In this document: positions 30,907 to 40,346 of the stretch, one piece after another
How the letters are laid out: every line of letters begins with the position of its first letter
Numbering within the stretch: position 1 is the stretch's first letter
NCBI GenBank assembly: GCA_051872395.1
Contig: JBJEDU010000032.1
Coordinates: 502-64,501 of the forward strand
DNA from: Bacilli bacterium
GTDB lineage: Bacteria; Bacillota_I; Bacilli_A; RFN20; CAG-826
Direction of reading: 5' to 3'
Length of the DNA: 64,000 bases
Made by a program: the position numbers and the translations under genes
Notes under the pieces: model-generated
Told to the model about the DNA's origin: nothing
What the model saw: the letters and a program-made list of their open reading frames with translations, nothing else
The model's database searches: none

Positions 30907-32446
30907 CTTTTTTACTCTCGTGATATTCTTTTTCTGTATTTACTTTCCAGATGATAGATTTATCTAAATTATTTTTAATACAATTGACCGCTTCAATACT
31001 GGTCAATATTGAATGATCCATATTATTATAACGATGTTGTCCGTTTCTACCTATACAATATAGGTTAGAAATTTTATTGAGTTTTTCTTTTAAAACTTCA
31101 ATTTCATTATATGTATCAAAATATCCAGGATATGCTTTTTTAATTCTTAATACACAGCTATCTTTAACATCATCTTTACTTTTAATAAATTTAATTTTTA
31201 AAAGTTCATCGATCGCTGAAGAGATGAAATCATCATCATTTGAGTTCCACATTTCATCATTTTCATTTACAAAATATTCTAATCCAATCCAAATGGAATT
31301 TTGATAATCTTGAACCATGTATGGAGACCAGTTATTAAATATTTGAATTCTTCCAAGTTTGACTTCCTCTTCTTGTACATAAATCCAAGTATCAGGAATG
31401 ATATTATTAACTGTCTTAATTTTTGTTTTATTAGTAACTGCTAAAGAGTCAAGCAATAATCCAACAGTCATAAAATCTCGATATGATAATCCAGTAGCGA
31501 TGCGATATTCTTCTTTTCCTAAATCTTTTTCACCGATGGAAATCGCTAAATCTTTTAAACTCATCGATGAAAAATAATAATCGCCAACATATTCTTGATT
31601 GTCCTTTGTGATGACTTTTTTTATTTCATCATTTTCCAAAATAACTTTATTAATTTCTTGATTAAAATGAATCTCTCCTCCTAATTCAACAATTTTTTCT
31701 GCCATTAATTCATATAATTGACCTGGTCCTTTTTTCGGATAATAAAATTGTTCAATTAAAGAAGTTTCAACTTTTTTATTCCCTTTTTTAAATGGTTTAG
31801 TTATCGCATTAGTAATGGTTTTTAATAAAGAAAGACCTTTGACTCTTTGCGCTCCCCAACCTGCATCAATTTCTTTTGGGCTTCTTCCCCATACTTTTTC
31901 TGTATATTTTTCAAAAAACATTTGATAAAGTGGTTTACCAAAACGATTAATATAGAAATTTTCTAAATTAGTTTCTTTTCTTTTGTGGATGAGACTACCG
32001 ACGTAGCCAAATCCTGCTTTCATGGTTCTTTTAAAACCCATATTTTTAAAAGTTTCAAATTTCAAAGAAATAGGATAAGAGAAAAATTTATGAAGGTATA
32101 AAATTCTCGATACTCTATTTCTTATGAGCATGACATCATCATCTTTTTCAGGATCTTTTCCATTATTGGAAAGTGGAATATCCCTATTAAGTTCGATATC
32201 ATCTTTACTTTTTTGTGATTGAAGAGGCATTATTTCAAGCCATAAATTCATGACTTCTTCATTTTTAGTAAAAAAGCGATGACCACCAATATCCATTCGA
32301 TTGCCATGATGGTTATAGGTTTTACTAATTCCACCTATCTCATTACTGGCTTCTAAAACGATTGGTTTAATATCTGTAGTTTTTAATAATTGGTACGCTG
32401 CACTTAATCCAGCAGGACCTGCTCCGATAATAATGGCTCTTTTCAT
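30896..32446 (-). CDS. FAD/NAD(P)-binding Rossmann-fold oxidoreductase (UDP-galactopyranose-mutase / amine-oxidase-like superfamily), 516 aa
   Basis: N-terminal dinucleotide-binding motif [15 protein letters not shown]...[14 protein letters not shown] followed by GGHRFF. Confidence 0.7.
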   Translation of the reverse strand: MKRAIIIGAGPAGLSAAYQLLKTTDIKPIVLEASNEIGGISKTYNHHGNRMDIGGHRFFTKNEEVMNLWLEIMPLQSQKSKDDIELNRDIPLSNNGKDPEKDDDVMLIRNRVSRILYLHKFFSYPISLKFETFKNMGFKRTMKAGFGYVGSLIHKRKETNLENFYINRFGKPLYQMFFEKYTEKVWGRSPKEIDAGWGAQRVKGLSLLKTITNAITKPFKKGNKKVETSLIEQFYYPKKGPGQLYELMAEKIVELGGEIHFNQEINKVILENDEIKKVITKDNQEYVGDYYFSSMSLKDLAISIGEKDLGKEEYRIATGLSYRDFMTVGLLLDSLAVTNKTKIKTVNNIIPDTWIYVQEEEVKLGRIQIFNNWSPYMVQDYQNSIWIGLEYFVNENDEMWNSNDDDFISSAIDELLKIKFIKSKDDVKDSCVLRIKKAYPGYFDTYNEIEVLKEKLNKISNLYCIGRNGQHRYNNMDHSILTSIEAVNCIKNNLDKSIIWKVNTEKEYHESKKDDK

Positions 32447-32451
32447 TAAAT

Positions 32452-32958
32452 TTAATCCTTATATAAAATATATTTTCTTGTAAAATAGTTCCAAATTAGA
32501 CCAACGATAGTTTTTAAACAAAAACATATGAAATAGGTCCAAAATGTTATGTCAGTAAAAAATGAAAAATTAAATATATCAGTCAAACTTGATTTTGATA
32601 TATCAATATTAAAGCATTTTAAAACAATGACTTGACTTAAAGACATTGTCAGTACTGATAAAACTAAGCCAATAAAAGAAAAAACAACGAATAGCACAAT
32701 AAATTTTGCACTTTTTTTCTCTTTTTTGACCTCACCTTTTTTAAATACATAATAGGTCGATAAAATGTAATTTAAAATGACACCACCAATAAAACCAACA
32801 GCGGTCGATAAGATAATTGCTACTATATCGTTGATATTTGTGGTAAAAACTAAAACAAGTTTACAAAGTAAAAAATCAACTAGAGCACATAGAACCCCAG
32901 TTAATATAAATCTCACTAATTGTTTTAAAGAAGAATTATCCTTTGCATTTAAAGACAT
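32452..32958 (-). CDS. GtrA-family membrane protein (polyprenyl-phosphate-sugar flippase-like)
   Basis: 168 aa with 4 TM helices. The N-terminus [18 protein letters not shown] is typical GtrA. It lies 5 nt upstream of the oxidoreductase. Confidence 0.75.
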   Translation of the reverse strand: MSLNAKDNSSLKQLVRFILTGVLCALVDFLLCKLVLVFTTNINDIVAIILSTAVGFIGGVILNYILSTYYVFKKGEVKKEKKSAKFIVLFVVFSFIGLVLSVLTMSLSQVIVLKCFNIDISKSSLTDIFNFSFFTDITFWTYFICFCLKTIVGLIWNYFTRKYILYKD

Positions 32959-32966
32959 ATATTAAA

Positions 32967-34391
32967 TTATAATCCTAGTAGTGGAGCGAATACTAGTGTC
33001 CACAAAGTGAAATAACTAAGCAAAGCAATTATATCAACCACAGTAGTGGTAAGTGGTCCACACATAACTGCCGGATCTCTTTTTAAAGCTTTTGCTAAAA
33101 ATGGTAGACTACATCCAACCATTCTTGAGGCAATCATCGTAATAAATAAGGTTAACGCTACTAAGGTAGCGATGATGATTCTTAATAACCAAATATTTGA
33201 AATGGCAGTATGGTTTTCAAAAGAAACAATTCCTACGGACATTTCAATCATAATCCATACGAAAGAAACTGTGGAAATTATTAAAGCAATAACAGACGCT
33301 ACTCTAAATTCTTTCCAAAATACTTTTTTCACATCACCTTTTTTAAATTCATTTAAGGCGATTGAACGAATAATGATTGTCGTTGTTTGTCCTCCAGAAT
33401 TTCCGCCAGCGTCCATAATTAGAGGAGTAAAAACACTAAGAAGGGCGAATTTAGCAATTTCAGCTTGGAAAGATGAAAGAATCAAAGTTGAAAATACTTG
33501 AAGAACCATCAATAAAATAATCCAAGGCGCACATTTTTTAACCAATTTTAAAATTGGTGTATCTAAATATGCATCATCCATTGGGCCAGTTTGATGCATT
33601 AAGGCGATATCTTCAGTTGCTTCTTCAACGATAATGTCGACGACGTCATCGATGGTGATAATACCACATATTTTGTTTTCACTATTGACGACCGCCATCG
33701 CGTTAAGGTCATATCTTTTAAATAGTTCGGCAACTTTTTCTTGGTCATCATTAACGGTTGCAGTTACAAAAGAAACATCCATAATATCGGATAATTTTTC
33801 TTCTTCATTAGCGAACAACAAATCATCGAGGTTAACAGTACCAACAAGAGTTCTTTTAGAATCTCTAACAAAGATGGTGTAAATAGTTTCGGCTTCTCGA
33901 CCATTTTTTCTTAATGTGGCAATTGCGTCTTTGACAGATGTAGTTTCAAGCATTGAAACATATTCTGTAGTCATGACACTTCCAGCAGTATTTTCTTTAT
34001 AATTTAATAAAACATTTATATCTCTTCTTAAATCACTTGGGGCTACTTTTAACACCCTCGCCACTAAATTAGCAGGCATTTCTTCGATGGTATCAACGAT
34101 ATCGTCGGCGAATGAGTTTTCTAAAAGTGTCACTAATTGTTTATCAGTAAAGGAATTAATAATTAATTCTTGTTGCTCAGTAGTAAGTTCAGCGAACAGT
34201 TCAGCGCTATATTCGCTTGGAATAACACGAAAAATATATATTAAAGAAGTAACATCTTCCACATCACACAAAGCTTCTGCAATATCGATTGTGGGAACAG
34301 ATGTAAAAATTTCTTTTAACGATTTGGAGTTCTTTTCTTTTAAATCGTTTTCTAGATTTTCTTTAAATATTTCAAATTCTTCTCTTTCCAT
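32967..34391 (-). CDS. mgtE: Magnesium transporter MgtE
   Basis: N-domain, tandem CBS domains (GSVMTTEYVSM...) and a C-terminal 5-TM MgtE domain. 474 aa. Confidence 0.9.
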   Translation of the reverse strand: MEREEFEIFKENLENDLKEKNSKSLKEIFTSVPTIDIAEALCDVEDVTSLIYIFRVIPSEYSAELFAELTTEQQELIINSFTDKQLVTLLENSFADDIVDTIEEMPANLVARVLKVAPSDLRRDINVLLNYKENTAGSVMTTEYVSMLETTSVKDAIATLRKNGREAETIYTIFVRDSKRTLVGTVNLDDLLFANEEEKLSDIMDVSFVTATVNDDQEKVAELFKRYDLNAMAVVNSENKICGIITIDDVVDIIVEEATEDIALMHQTGPMDDAYLDTPILKLVKKCAPWIILLMVLQVFSTLILSSFQAEIAKFALLSVFTPLIMDAGGNSGGQTTTIIIRSIALNEFKKGDVKKVFWKEFRVASVIALIISTVSFVWIMIEMSVGIVSFENHTAISNIWLLRIIIATLVALTLFITMIASRMVGCSLPFLAKALKRDPAVMCGPLTTTVVDIIALLSYFTLWTLVFAPLLGL

Positions 34392-34496
34392 AAGTTTTAT
34401 TTTATAAAAAAACTTTAAAAATAAAAATGTTTTTTGAATGTAATATGAAAAAATATTGTGTTAGAATATCAATCGTCGAAAGAAGGTAAAAAAATT

Positions 34497-35069
34497 ATGA
34501 AAGAAATTCTTGTCGAAACAAGTGCACGACATATTCACTTGAACGAAGAACAATTTAAAATTTTATGTGGTGAAGATGCGAAATTAGAAGTGCGTGCTCC
34601 ACTTAGCCAACCTGGTCAATTCGTTTCAACAACAAGATTAGATATTGTTGGACCAAAAAGAAAAATTGAAAATGTTTCCATTCTTGGACCTTTTAGAAAA
34701 GAAGCCCAAGTCGAAGTTTCTGCGACTGATGCGAGAACTTTAGGTGTTACTCCTGTCATTAGAGAAAGTGGTGATATTAAAGGTAGCGCTCCTATCACTT
34801 TAGTGGGTCCATGTGGAAGTTTAGAACTTAAAGAAGGATGTATCGTTGCTAAACGTCATATCCACATGACACCAAAAGACGCTGAAGAATTTGGTGTTAC
34901 TAATGGACAAATCGTAAGTTTAAAATTAAATACTCCTGATCGTTCCTTGATTTTTGGTGATGTTGTGGTTAGAGTCAAAGACTCTTTCTCTTTAGCGTGC
35001 CATATTGATACTGATGAATCAAATGCAGCGAATTGTGGTAAAAATGTTACTGCAACATTAATTAAATAA
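34497..35069 (+). CDS. pduL: Phosphate propanoyltransferase PduL (phosphotransacylase)
   Basis: Duplicated PduL motifs SARHIHL and AKRHIHM. RBS GAAGG lies 9 nt upstream of ATG 34497, and the listed ORF start at 34458 is probably too long. Confidence 0.85.
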   Translation: MKEILVETSARHIHLNEEQFKILCGEDAKLEVRAPLSQPGQFVSTTRLDIVGPKRKIENVSILGPFRKEAQVEVSATDARTLGVTPVIRESGDIKGSAPITLVGPCGSLELKEGCIVAKRHIHMTPKDAEEFGVTNGQIVSLKLNTPDRSLIFGDVVVRVKDSFSLACHIDTDESNAANCGKNVTATLIK

Positions 35070-35071
35070 TT

Positions 35072-35353
35072 ATGAAAGAAATAACTTTATATCCACAATT
35101 TGTGTGTTCAAGACAAATTGATATTGTTGTTGATGATGATAATGTCATTCAATCAATGAAGTTTTTACGAGGCTGTTCTGGAAATCTTCAAGGAATCTCT
35201 CGTCTTTGTATCGGACATAAATTAGAAGAAGTTTCTTCTATTTTAGAAGGCATCAGATGTCCGGGTAGTCGAACTGGTGAAACTAGTTGTCCGGATCAAT
35301 TAGCAAAAAGAATCAATGAATATTTAAAAACTAATATTGATACAAAAAATTAA
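35072..35353 (+). CDS. TSCPD-domain protein
   Basis: Literal TSCPD signature GETSCPDQ plus conserved Cys residues (CSGNLQG, RLCIGH, RCPGSRTG). 93 aa. Confidence 0.8.
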   Translation: MKEITLYPQFVCSRQIDIVVDDDNVIQSMKFLRGCSGNLQGISRLCIGHKLEEVSSILEGIRCPGSRTGETSCPDQLAKRINEYLKTNIDTKN

Positions 35354-35374
35354 TACTATATAATATAAGGCAGT

Positions 35375-35496
35375 TATATATCTTATCAAGAATCGCGAAA
35401 AGAAGATGTAAAATCGCGATAGCAACTCTTATATAAAAATAAGTAAGTGCTCTCTTCAGCGGATTTATCCGAACGATAAGTTAGGAATAATTAATA
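35375..35496 (+). promoter_or_regulatory. S-box (SAM-I)-like riboswitch aptamer upstream of metK, a minimised variant
   Basis: The P1 arms CTTATCAAGA (35382) and GATAAG (35475) enclose AGCAAC (compare GGCAACC), GTGC and CAGCGGA, which is the conserved SAM-I J4/1 GUGC...GCAGCGGAAA. The canonical GGGA/GCCC P3 helix is absent. Confidence 0.55.
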
Positions 35497-35526
35497 AACC
35501 TTCCTGACTTTGGGAAGGTTTTTTAA
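35497..35526 (+). terminator. Leader terminator (riboswitch expression platform) upstream of metK
   Basis: AACCTTCC-TGACTTT-GGGAAGGTT hairpin followed by TTTTTT, 24 nt before the metK ATG. Confidence 0.75.
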
Positions 35527-35549
35527 ATGAGAAAGGAAATTACATCGTT

Positions 35550-36728
35550 ATGGAAAAACAAAAAATATTATTTACTTCTGAATCAGTATCAGAAGGACAC
35601 CCTGATAAAGTATGCGATCAAATCGCTGATGAAATTTTAGATAGATTTTTATCTCAAGACCCTTCAAGTCATGTCGCTATCGAAGTATTTGCTAGTGAAA
35701 ATTTTGTTCTTGTCGGTGGAGAATATTTATCAAAAGGAACAGTCGATATTGAGCAAACAGTCAAAGATGTTTTAAAACGAATTGGTTATGATAAAGAAGA
35801 ATTAGGCACTGATTATCATACTGTAACAGTCTTGAATAAAACTAAACCACAATCAGGGGAAATTAATAACGCTGTAAAGAATTTAAAAGATGAAGATTTA
35901 GGAGCCGGTGATCAAGGTATCATGTTTGGTTATGCGACTGATGAAAGCGAAGGCTTTATGCCTTTAGCGATTTCTTTAGCTCATAAGTTAGTGCGTGAAG
36001 CTACCAAACAAAGAAAAGAAGGAAAGTTTTTACATGCTCGTCCTGATATGAAATCACAAGTTACTATCGATTACACTGATACTAATTGTATTAGAATTGA
36101 TAATATTTTAATGTCTTGTCAACATGACGATAATATAAATCTCGATGAATTCAAAAAATATATTCATGATAATATCATGGTTAAAGTAGCAAAATCTTTT
36201 AATTTAAATGATGATTTTACTTATTTAATCAATCCTTCAGGTTCGTTTATTTTAGGCGGTCCAAGTGGTGACACTGGCGTGACTGGAAGAAAAATTATTG
36301 TCGATACTTATGGAGGATACGCTGAACATGGTGGTGGGGCTTTTTCTGGAAAAGATCCAACAAAAGTTGATAGAAGCGCTACTTATATGGCACGTTATAT
36401 TGCTAAAAATTTAGTAGCAGCAGGGGTGAGTAAACGACTTCTTGTTCAATTATCCTACGCGATTGGTTTATCTCATCCTTTGTCAATAAGCGTTAAAACT
36501 TATCACACTTCAAATTATAATGACGATGTCATTTTAGATATTATTAATAAAGTTTTTGATTTAAGACCTGGAATGATAATTAAAAATTTCTCACTCAACA
36601 AACCTTCTTTTAAGTATGCTGAGTTATGTAATTATGGTCATTTTGGTCGTCCAGATTTAATTCTTCCATGGGAAAAATTAGATAAGGTCGAAGAAATTAA
36701 AAAGCTTTTAAATGAAAGCAAAAAGTAA
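35550..36728 (+). CDS. metK: S-adenosylmethionine synthetase
   Basis: MetK motifs FTSESVSEGHPDKVCDQIAD, GAGDQG and DTYGG. 392 aa. Confidence 0.97.
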   Translation: MEKQKILFTSESVSEGHPDKVCDQIADEILDRFLSQDPSSHVAIEVFASENFVLVGGEYLSKGTVDIEQTVKDVLKRIGYDKEELGTDYHTVTVLNKTKPQSGEINNAVKNLKDEDLGAGDQGIMFGYATDESEGFMPLAISLAHKLVREATKQRKEGKFLHARPDMKSQVTIDYTDTNCIRIDNILMSCQHDDNINLDEFKKYIHDNIMVKVAKSFNLNDDFTYLINPSGSFILGGPSGDTGVTGRKIIVDTYGGYAEHGGGAFSGKDPTKVDRSATYMARYIAKNLVAAGVSKRLLVQLSYAIGLSHPLSISVKTYHTSNYNDDVILDIINKVFDLRPGMIIKNFSLNKPSFKYAELCNYGHFGRPDLILPWEKLDKVEEIKKLLNESKK

Positions 36729-36849
36729 TAAAAAATTATTTTTAATATTTTCACTAATTTCGTTAGAAACTAATATAAAATTTCAAACTTATAAGTTATA
36801 ATATAAGTGCAAGCTTTTCTAATTTAATTTGGAAAGGAGTGATAATCAT

Positions 36850-37401
36850 ATGAAATACCAAATTATCGGAAAAAACATTGAGGTAACCGAAGGTATTTCG
36901 AATGCCGTCATTAAGAAATTATCCCGGTTGGATAAGTATTTTTTAATTGACGATAACGTCAATTGCCGCGTTGTTGTTAGTGCGCATGTCGAAATTCAAA
37001 AAGTTGAAGTGACAATTTTTATGCCTAAGCTTACCTTAAGAGCGGAGGTTGAAAATTCAGATCTCTATGCCGCTATTGATCTTGCTATTGATAAGTTAGA
37101 AGGTCAAATGAGAAAACTAAAAACAAGGATGGATAGAAGCAATTCGCGACTTTCACTCGGCGAATCGATAGCTTTTGAAAACATCGAAGAAGATAATAAC
37201 AATTCTAAAAATGATGTTATTGTCAGAACCAAATCTTATTATTTAGAGCCAATGACTCTCGATGAGGCAATTACGAGAATGGATGCTCTTGGACATGACT
37301 TCTTCCTTTATTTAGATGAAGAAGATGATCGAATTTCAGTTGCTTATGTCCGTCGTGATGGTGGATATGGAATTATTCAAGCTGAAAATCCAATAAAATA
37401 A
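36850..37401 (+). CDS. hpf: Ribosome hibernation-promoting factor (long HPF)
   Basis: MKYQIIGKNIEVTEGI... S30AE domain plus a C-terminal dimerisation domain. RBS AGGAG lies 8 nt upstream of ATG 36850. Confidence 0.9.
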   Translation: MKYQIIGKNIEVTEGISNAVIKKLSRLDKYFLIDDNVNCRVVVSAHVEIQKVEVTIFMPKLTLRAEVENSDLYAAIDLAIDKLEGQMRKLKTRMDRSNSRLSLGESIAFENIEEDNNNSKNDVIVRTKSYYLEPMTLDEAITRMDALGHDFFLYLDEEDDRISVAYVRRDGGYGIIQAENPIK

Positions 37402-37432
37402 TAAAAAAATTATTAAAAAAAGACATTAAGAG

Positions 37433-37465
37433 GGAATTGAATTATTCAATTCCTTCTTTTTATTG
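37433..37465 (+). terminator. Intrinsic terminator after hpf
   Basis: GGGAATTGAATTATTCAATTCC hairpin followed by TTCTTTTTATT. Confidence 0.7.
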
Positions 37466-37502
37466 AGAAATTTTCATAGTTGTGTATAATAATAAAAAGT
37501 AT

Positions 37503-38348
37503 ATGAGTAAATTATTAGCAACAGATTTAGATGGGACGCTATTTTATCCAAAAAATATTTCCCGCTGTATACCAAAAAAGAACGTTAAATTTTTAAGAAA
37601 ATTTATTGATGAAGGAAACAAAGTTGTTGTCGTTTCTTCAAGAAGTTCATTTTTCACTAAAAAACTTTCTGTTGAAATTGATCGACCTATCGATTTTTTA
37701 AACTGTTCTTCTGCTGAAATAATTTCTGATGGAAAGGTCATTAGAAGCAAAACTATACCAAACAATGTCTTAAAAAAGATATTGGATGAAATTGATGAAA
37801 AATTTAAACCTGCCGCGTTTTTATTAACATCTAAAAAATATCCAATCATCATTAAAGACTTGCACCGTAAATCCACTTTCTTCAAATGTTTTTATGGCTT
37901 ATATGAATGGTTTCAATTCTCTTATCGAGAAGATTATTTATTAAATAATGATATTTTCGATGAAGAAGTTGCAAATGGTGAAATTTATAAAGTGATGATC
38001 TTCTATGGCTTAAGAAGAAAAAATGGGGAGATTTCTAAAGAAATAAATAAAATAATTCGCTCAGATTACCCGGAAATTGAATCTAGTTGGAGTTCGATAC
38101 TTAATGAACTCACACCAAAAGATTGTTCAAAAGGAGAAGGACTTGAATATTATTGCAACGCGAAAGGCATTGATCCAAAAGATGTTTATGTCGTTGGTGA
38201 TAGTGGAAATGATATTTCAATGTTTAACTCGTTCCATGAGAACTCCTTTGCGATGAAACATAGTTCTCAAAGCGTTCAAAAATACGCTAATCATGTTGTT
38301 TCTCGCGTTTATAAAATCGCTGATTATGTCTTGAAAGGAGAAAAATAA
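37503..38348 (+). CDS. Cof-type HAD-IIB hydrolase (sugar phosphatase family)
   Basis: MSKLLATDLDGTLF (motif I DxDGT) and VGDSGNDISMF (motif IV). The listed upstream GTG at 37482 is probably not the real start, because TGTGTATAAT there looks like a −10 element. Confidence 0.8.
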   Translation: MSKLLATDLDGTLFYPKNISRCIPKKNVKFLRKFIDEGNKVVVVSSRSSFFTKKLSVEIDRPIDFLNCSSAEIISDGKVIRSKTIPNNVLKKILDEIDEKFKPAAFLLTSKKYPIIIKDLHRKSTFFKCFYGLYEWFQFSYREDYLLNNDIFDEEVANGEIYKVMIFYGLRRKNGEISKEINKIIRSDYPEIESSWSSILNELTPKDCSKGEGLEYYCNAKGIDPKDVYVVGDSGNDISMFNSFHENSFAMKHSSQSVQKYANHVVSRVYKIADYVLKGEK

Positions 38349-38352
38349 ATTT

Positions 38353-39228
38353 ATGAATCAAGCTTCACGATACATTTTTGAACTCTATTATTATTTACTC
38401 AATTTTAGAGATACATTAGAATTCGTTTTACCAAAAGATCATAGTAAGAAAATTTATGATCAAAGAAAAGCTGTTATTGAAAACGGAATTAAAGAAAATA
38501 CTCCACTTGGTCAATTTTTATTACAGAATAAAGAAAATGGTGAAAAAATCAAAGAAAACATTAATAATGTTTTAACTGATTTATACGCTGAAGATTCTAC
38601 CGTTTTAGTTCCAAATGGTGATTTGATTAGAGTTGACCACACTCAACATTTAAAAATTTATCAATCTATTATAGGTTTAGCAGAACAATTACGCGATATT
38701 GTTTATGGATATATCAACTTTGCTCGTGGTCGTAATGAATTAGAAGAAAGTATTTTTGATCTTGTCAAGAAAGATGAAGTTTTATATCGTACTATCGTCG
38801 TTATGTTAATTATGAGAGACTTTGAAAAATCTTTTGGAGAATTCCAAAAAGTAATGTCTGAAAATGGTGGAAAACCATCTCCTCAATCAAATTTTATTGT
38901 TCAAAATGAAATTTCGATAATGAGTAATTTAATCCGTTTCTCTCGTCAACACACTCACGCGACTGATAACACAACATTAGATTTACTTGATAAAGTTAAT
39001 CAAGTTATCGAAATGGCGGAAGGTAGAAGAGATAGAAGAAATAATAAATCATTCAAAGAATTATTTGATGAAATCAATACAGACATTTCAAAATATCTCA
39101 GCAGTGTTGAATCTTTGTGGAAAAATGCCTATGATAAAGTATTGAAAGAAGTTATTGAATTTCAAAATTCTAATAAAAAAGAAAACGAAAATCTAAAAAC
39201 TTTCGATTCGAATGCTAATGAAGCGTAA
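38353..39228 (+). CDS. Hypothetical protein (291 aa)
   Basis: ORF tightly following the HAD gene. No recognisable motifs. Confidence 0.45.
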   Translation: MNQASRYIFELYYYLLNFRDTLEFVLPKDHSKKIYDQRKAVIENGIKENTPLGQFLLQNKENGEKIKENINNVLTDLYAEDSTVLVPNGDLIRVDHTQHLKIYQSIIGLAEQLRDIVYGYINFARGRNELEESIFDLVKKDEVLYRTIVVMLIMRDFEKSFGEFQKVMSENGGKPSPQSNFIVQNEISIMSNLIRFSRQHTHATDNTTLDLLDKVNQVIEMAEGRRDRRNNKSFKELFDEINTDISKYLSSVESLWKNAYDKVLKEVIEFQNSNKKENENLKTFDSNANEA

Positions 39229-39248
39229 TAATTAAACGAGGTGTAGTT

Positions 39249-39608
39249 ATGAAAAAGATGACAAAAAAACAAACTAAAATATTCGAAATAGTATTTTATT
39301 CAATTCAAGGCGCTGTTATGCTTTGGGGACTTACCTATGTCGTATTAGGATTACTTGGCATGTATTTACCGATTCCTACTAGTCAAAATGCTTTGAATGA
39401 TTTTTCATCATTTATGCAAAAAACTTTTGGTTTACCAACATTATATTGGGGATTAATTATTTTCGCTGTTGGTGCATTAATTATGGTTATCGCTTTACTT
39501 AAAATTGCTAAAGGAAAAGATAAAGAATTTGAACAACATCAACGTCGTCAAGCTCGTTTGAATATCGAATCTGCTCCTGCTACTCCTAGCGAAACCACTA
39601 ACGAATAA
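39249..39608 (+). CDS. Small hypothetical membrane protein (2 TM)
   Basis: ORF with two hydrophobic helices. RBS GAGGTG is upstream. Confidence 0.45.
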   Translation: MKKMTKKQTKIFEIVFYSIQGAVMLWGLTYVVLGLLGMYLPIPTSQNALNDFSSFMQKTFGLPTLYWGLIIFAVGALIMVIALLKIAKGKDKEFEQHQRRQARLNIESAPATPSETTNE

Positions 39609-39645
39609 CTTATATTATTTTATTAAGATATTATCATTTAAATTT

Positions 39646-39678
39646 GGTTAGATTTATTAAATAAGTCTAACCTTTTTT
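39646..39678 (+). terminator. Intrinsic terminator
   Basis: GGTTAGATTTATTAAATAAGTCTAACC hairpin followed by TTTTTT. Confidence 0.7.
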
Positions 39679-39841
39679 ATTTAGTTTTTCTTTATTTAAA
39701 TAATCTTCTTTATCTATAAAATAAAAAAACATTTTGATGAAATTATTTTATTTCTCTTTAAAACTGAATTATTTTTTTATTTTTTAGCAGAAAAAAATTT
39801 TTGTGATAATTATTATATAATTATTTATAATTATATATATT

Positions 39842-39868
39842 TTAGCACTCACTATTGACGAGTGCTAA
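39842..39868. promoter_or_regulatory. CIRCE operator (HrcA binding site)
   Basis: Perfect match to the consensus TTAGCACTC-N9-GAGTGCTAA (TTAGCACTCACTATTGACGAGTGCTAA), 50 nt upstream of the hsp20 start. Confidence 0.9.
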
Positions 39869-39918
39869 AAATGGTGTATTATATAAGTGTGCTTAAAAAA
39901 GCAGAGGAGGAAAATAAA

Positions 39919-40311
39919 ATGAACAAATACTCAATAGGTTTCTTCGATCCTTTATTCGATGATGATTTATTCTCTTTTAACAAGAAAGTCAATTATATGA
40001 GAACTGATATTAAAGAGAACGAGACCAATTACATATTAGAAGTTGAATTACCAGGAGTTAATAAAGAAAATGTCTCTTTAAAATTAAACGATGGTTATTT
40101 GACAGTATCTTATAAACATGAAGCTAAAGAAGTGGATGACAAATTCGTCCATCAAGAACGCTACTGCTCTTCAATGTCTAGAAGCTTCTATGTTGGTGAT
40201 AATATTCACGAAGAAGATATTGAAGCGTCTTATGTTGATGGTATCTTAAAAATCACTTTCCCTAAGAAACCAGAAGTTAAAAACGTGGAAAAAACTATTG
40301 CTATAAAATAG
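39919..40311 (+). CDS. Hsp20/alpha-crystallin family small heat-shock protein
   Basis: Alpha-crystallin domain YILEVELPGVNKENVSLKLNDGYLTVS...GILKITFPK. RBS GAGGAGG is upstream of ATG 39919. Confidence 0.85.
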   Translation: MNKYSIGFFDPLFDDDLFSFNKKVNYMRTDIKENETNYILEVELPGVNKENVSLKLNDGYLTVSYKHEAKEVDDKFVHQERYCSSMSRSFYVGDNIHEEDIEASYVDGILKITFPKKPEVKNVEKTIAIK

Positions 40312-40346
40312 TTGTTTCTATAAAAAACCTAAAAACCCCTTATAGT

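Noticed and set aside
33046-33501. 151-aa + strand ORF, along with 33634–33882, 34087–34407 and 32777–32965
   Set aside because: All are antisense within the well-supported mgtE and gtrA genes. They have no RBS and the codon usage is unlike the other genes in the window.
34392-34496. Possible M-box (Mg2+) riboswitch in front of mgtE
   Set aside because: The intergenic region is only about 105 nt, extremely AT-rich, and lacks the conserved GC-rich M-box core, so no riboswitch is called.
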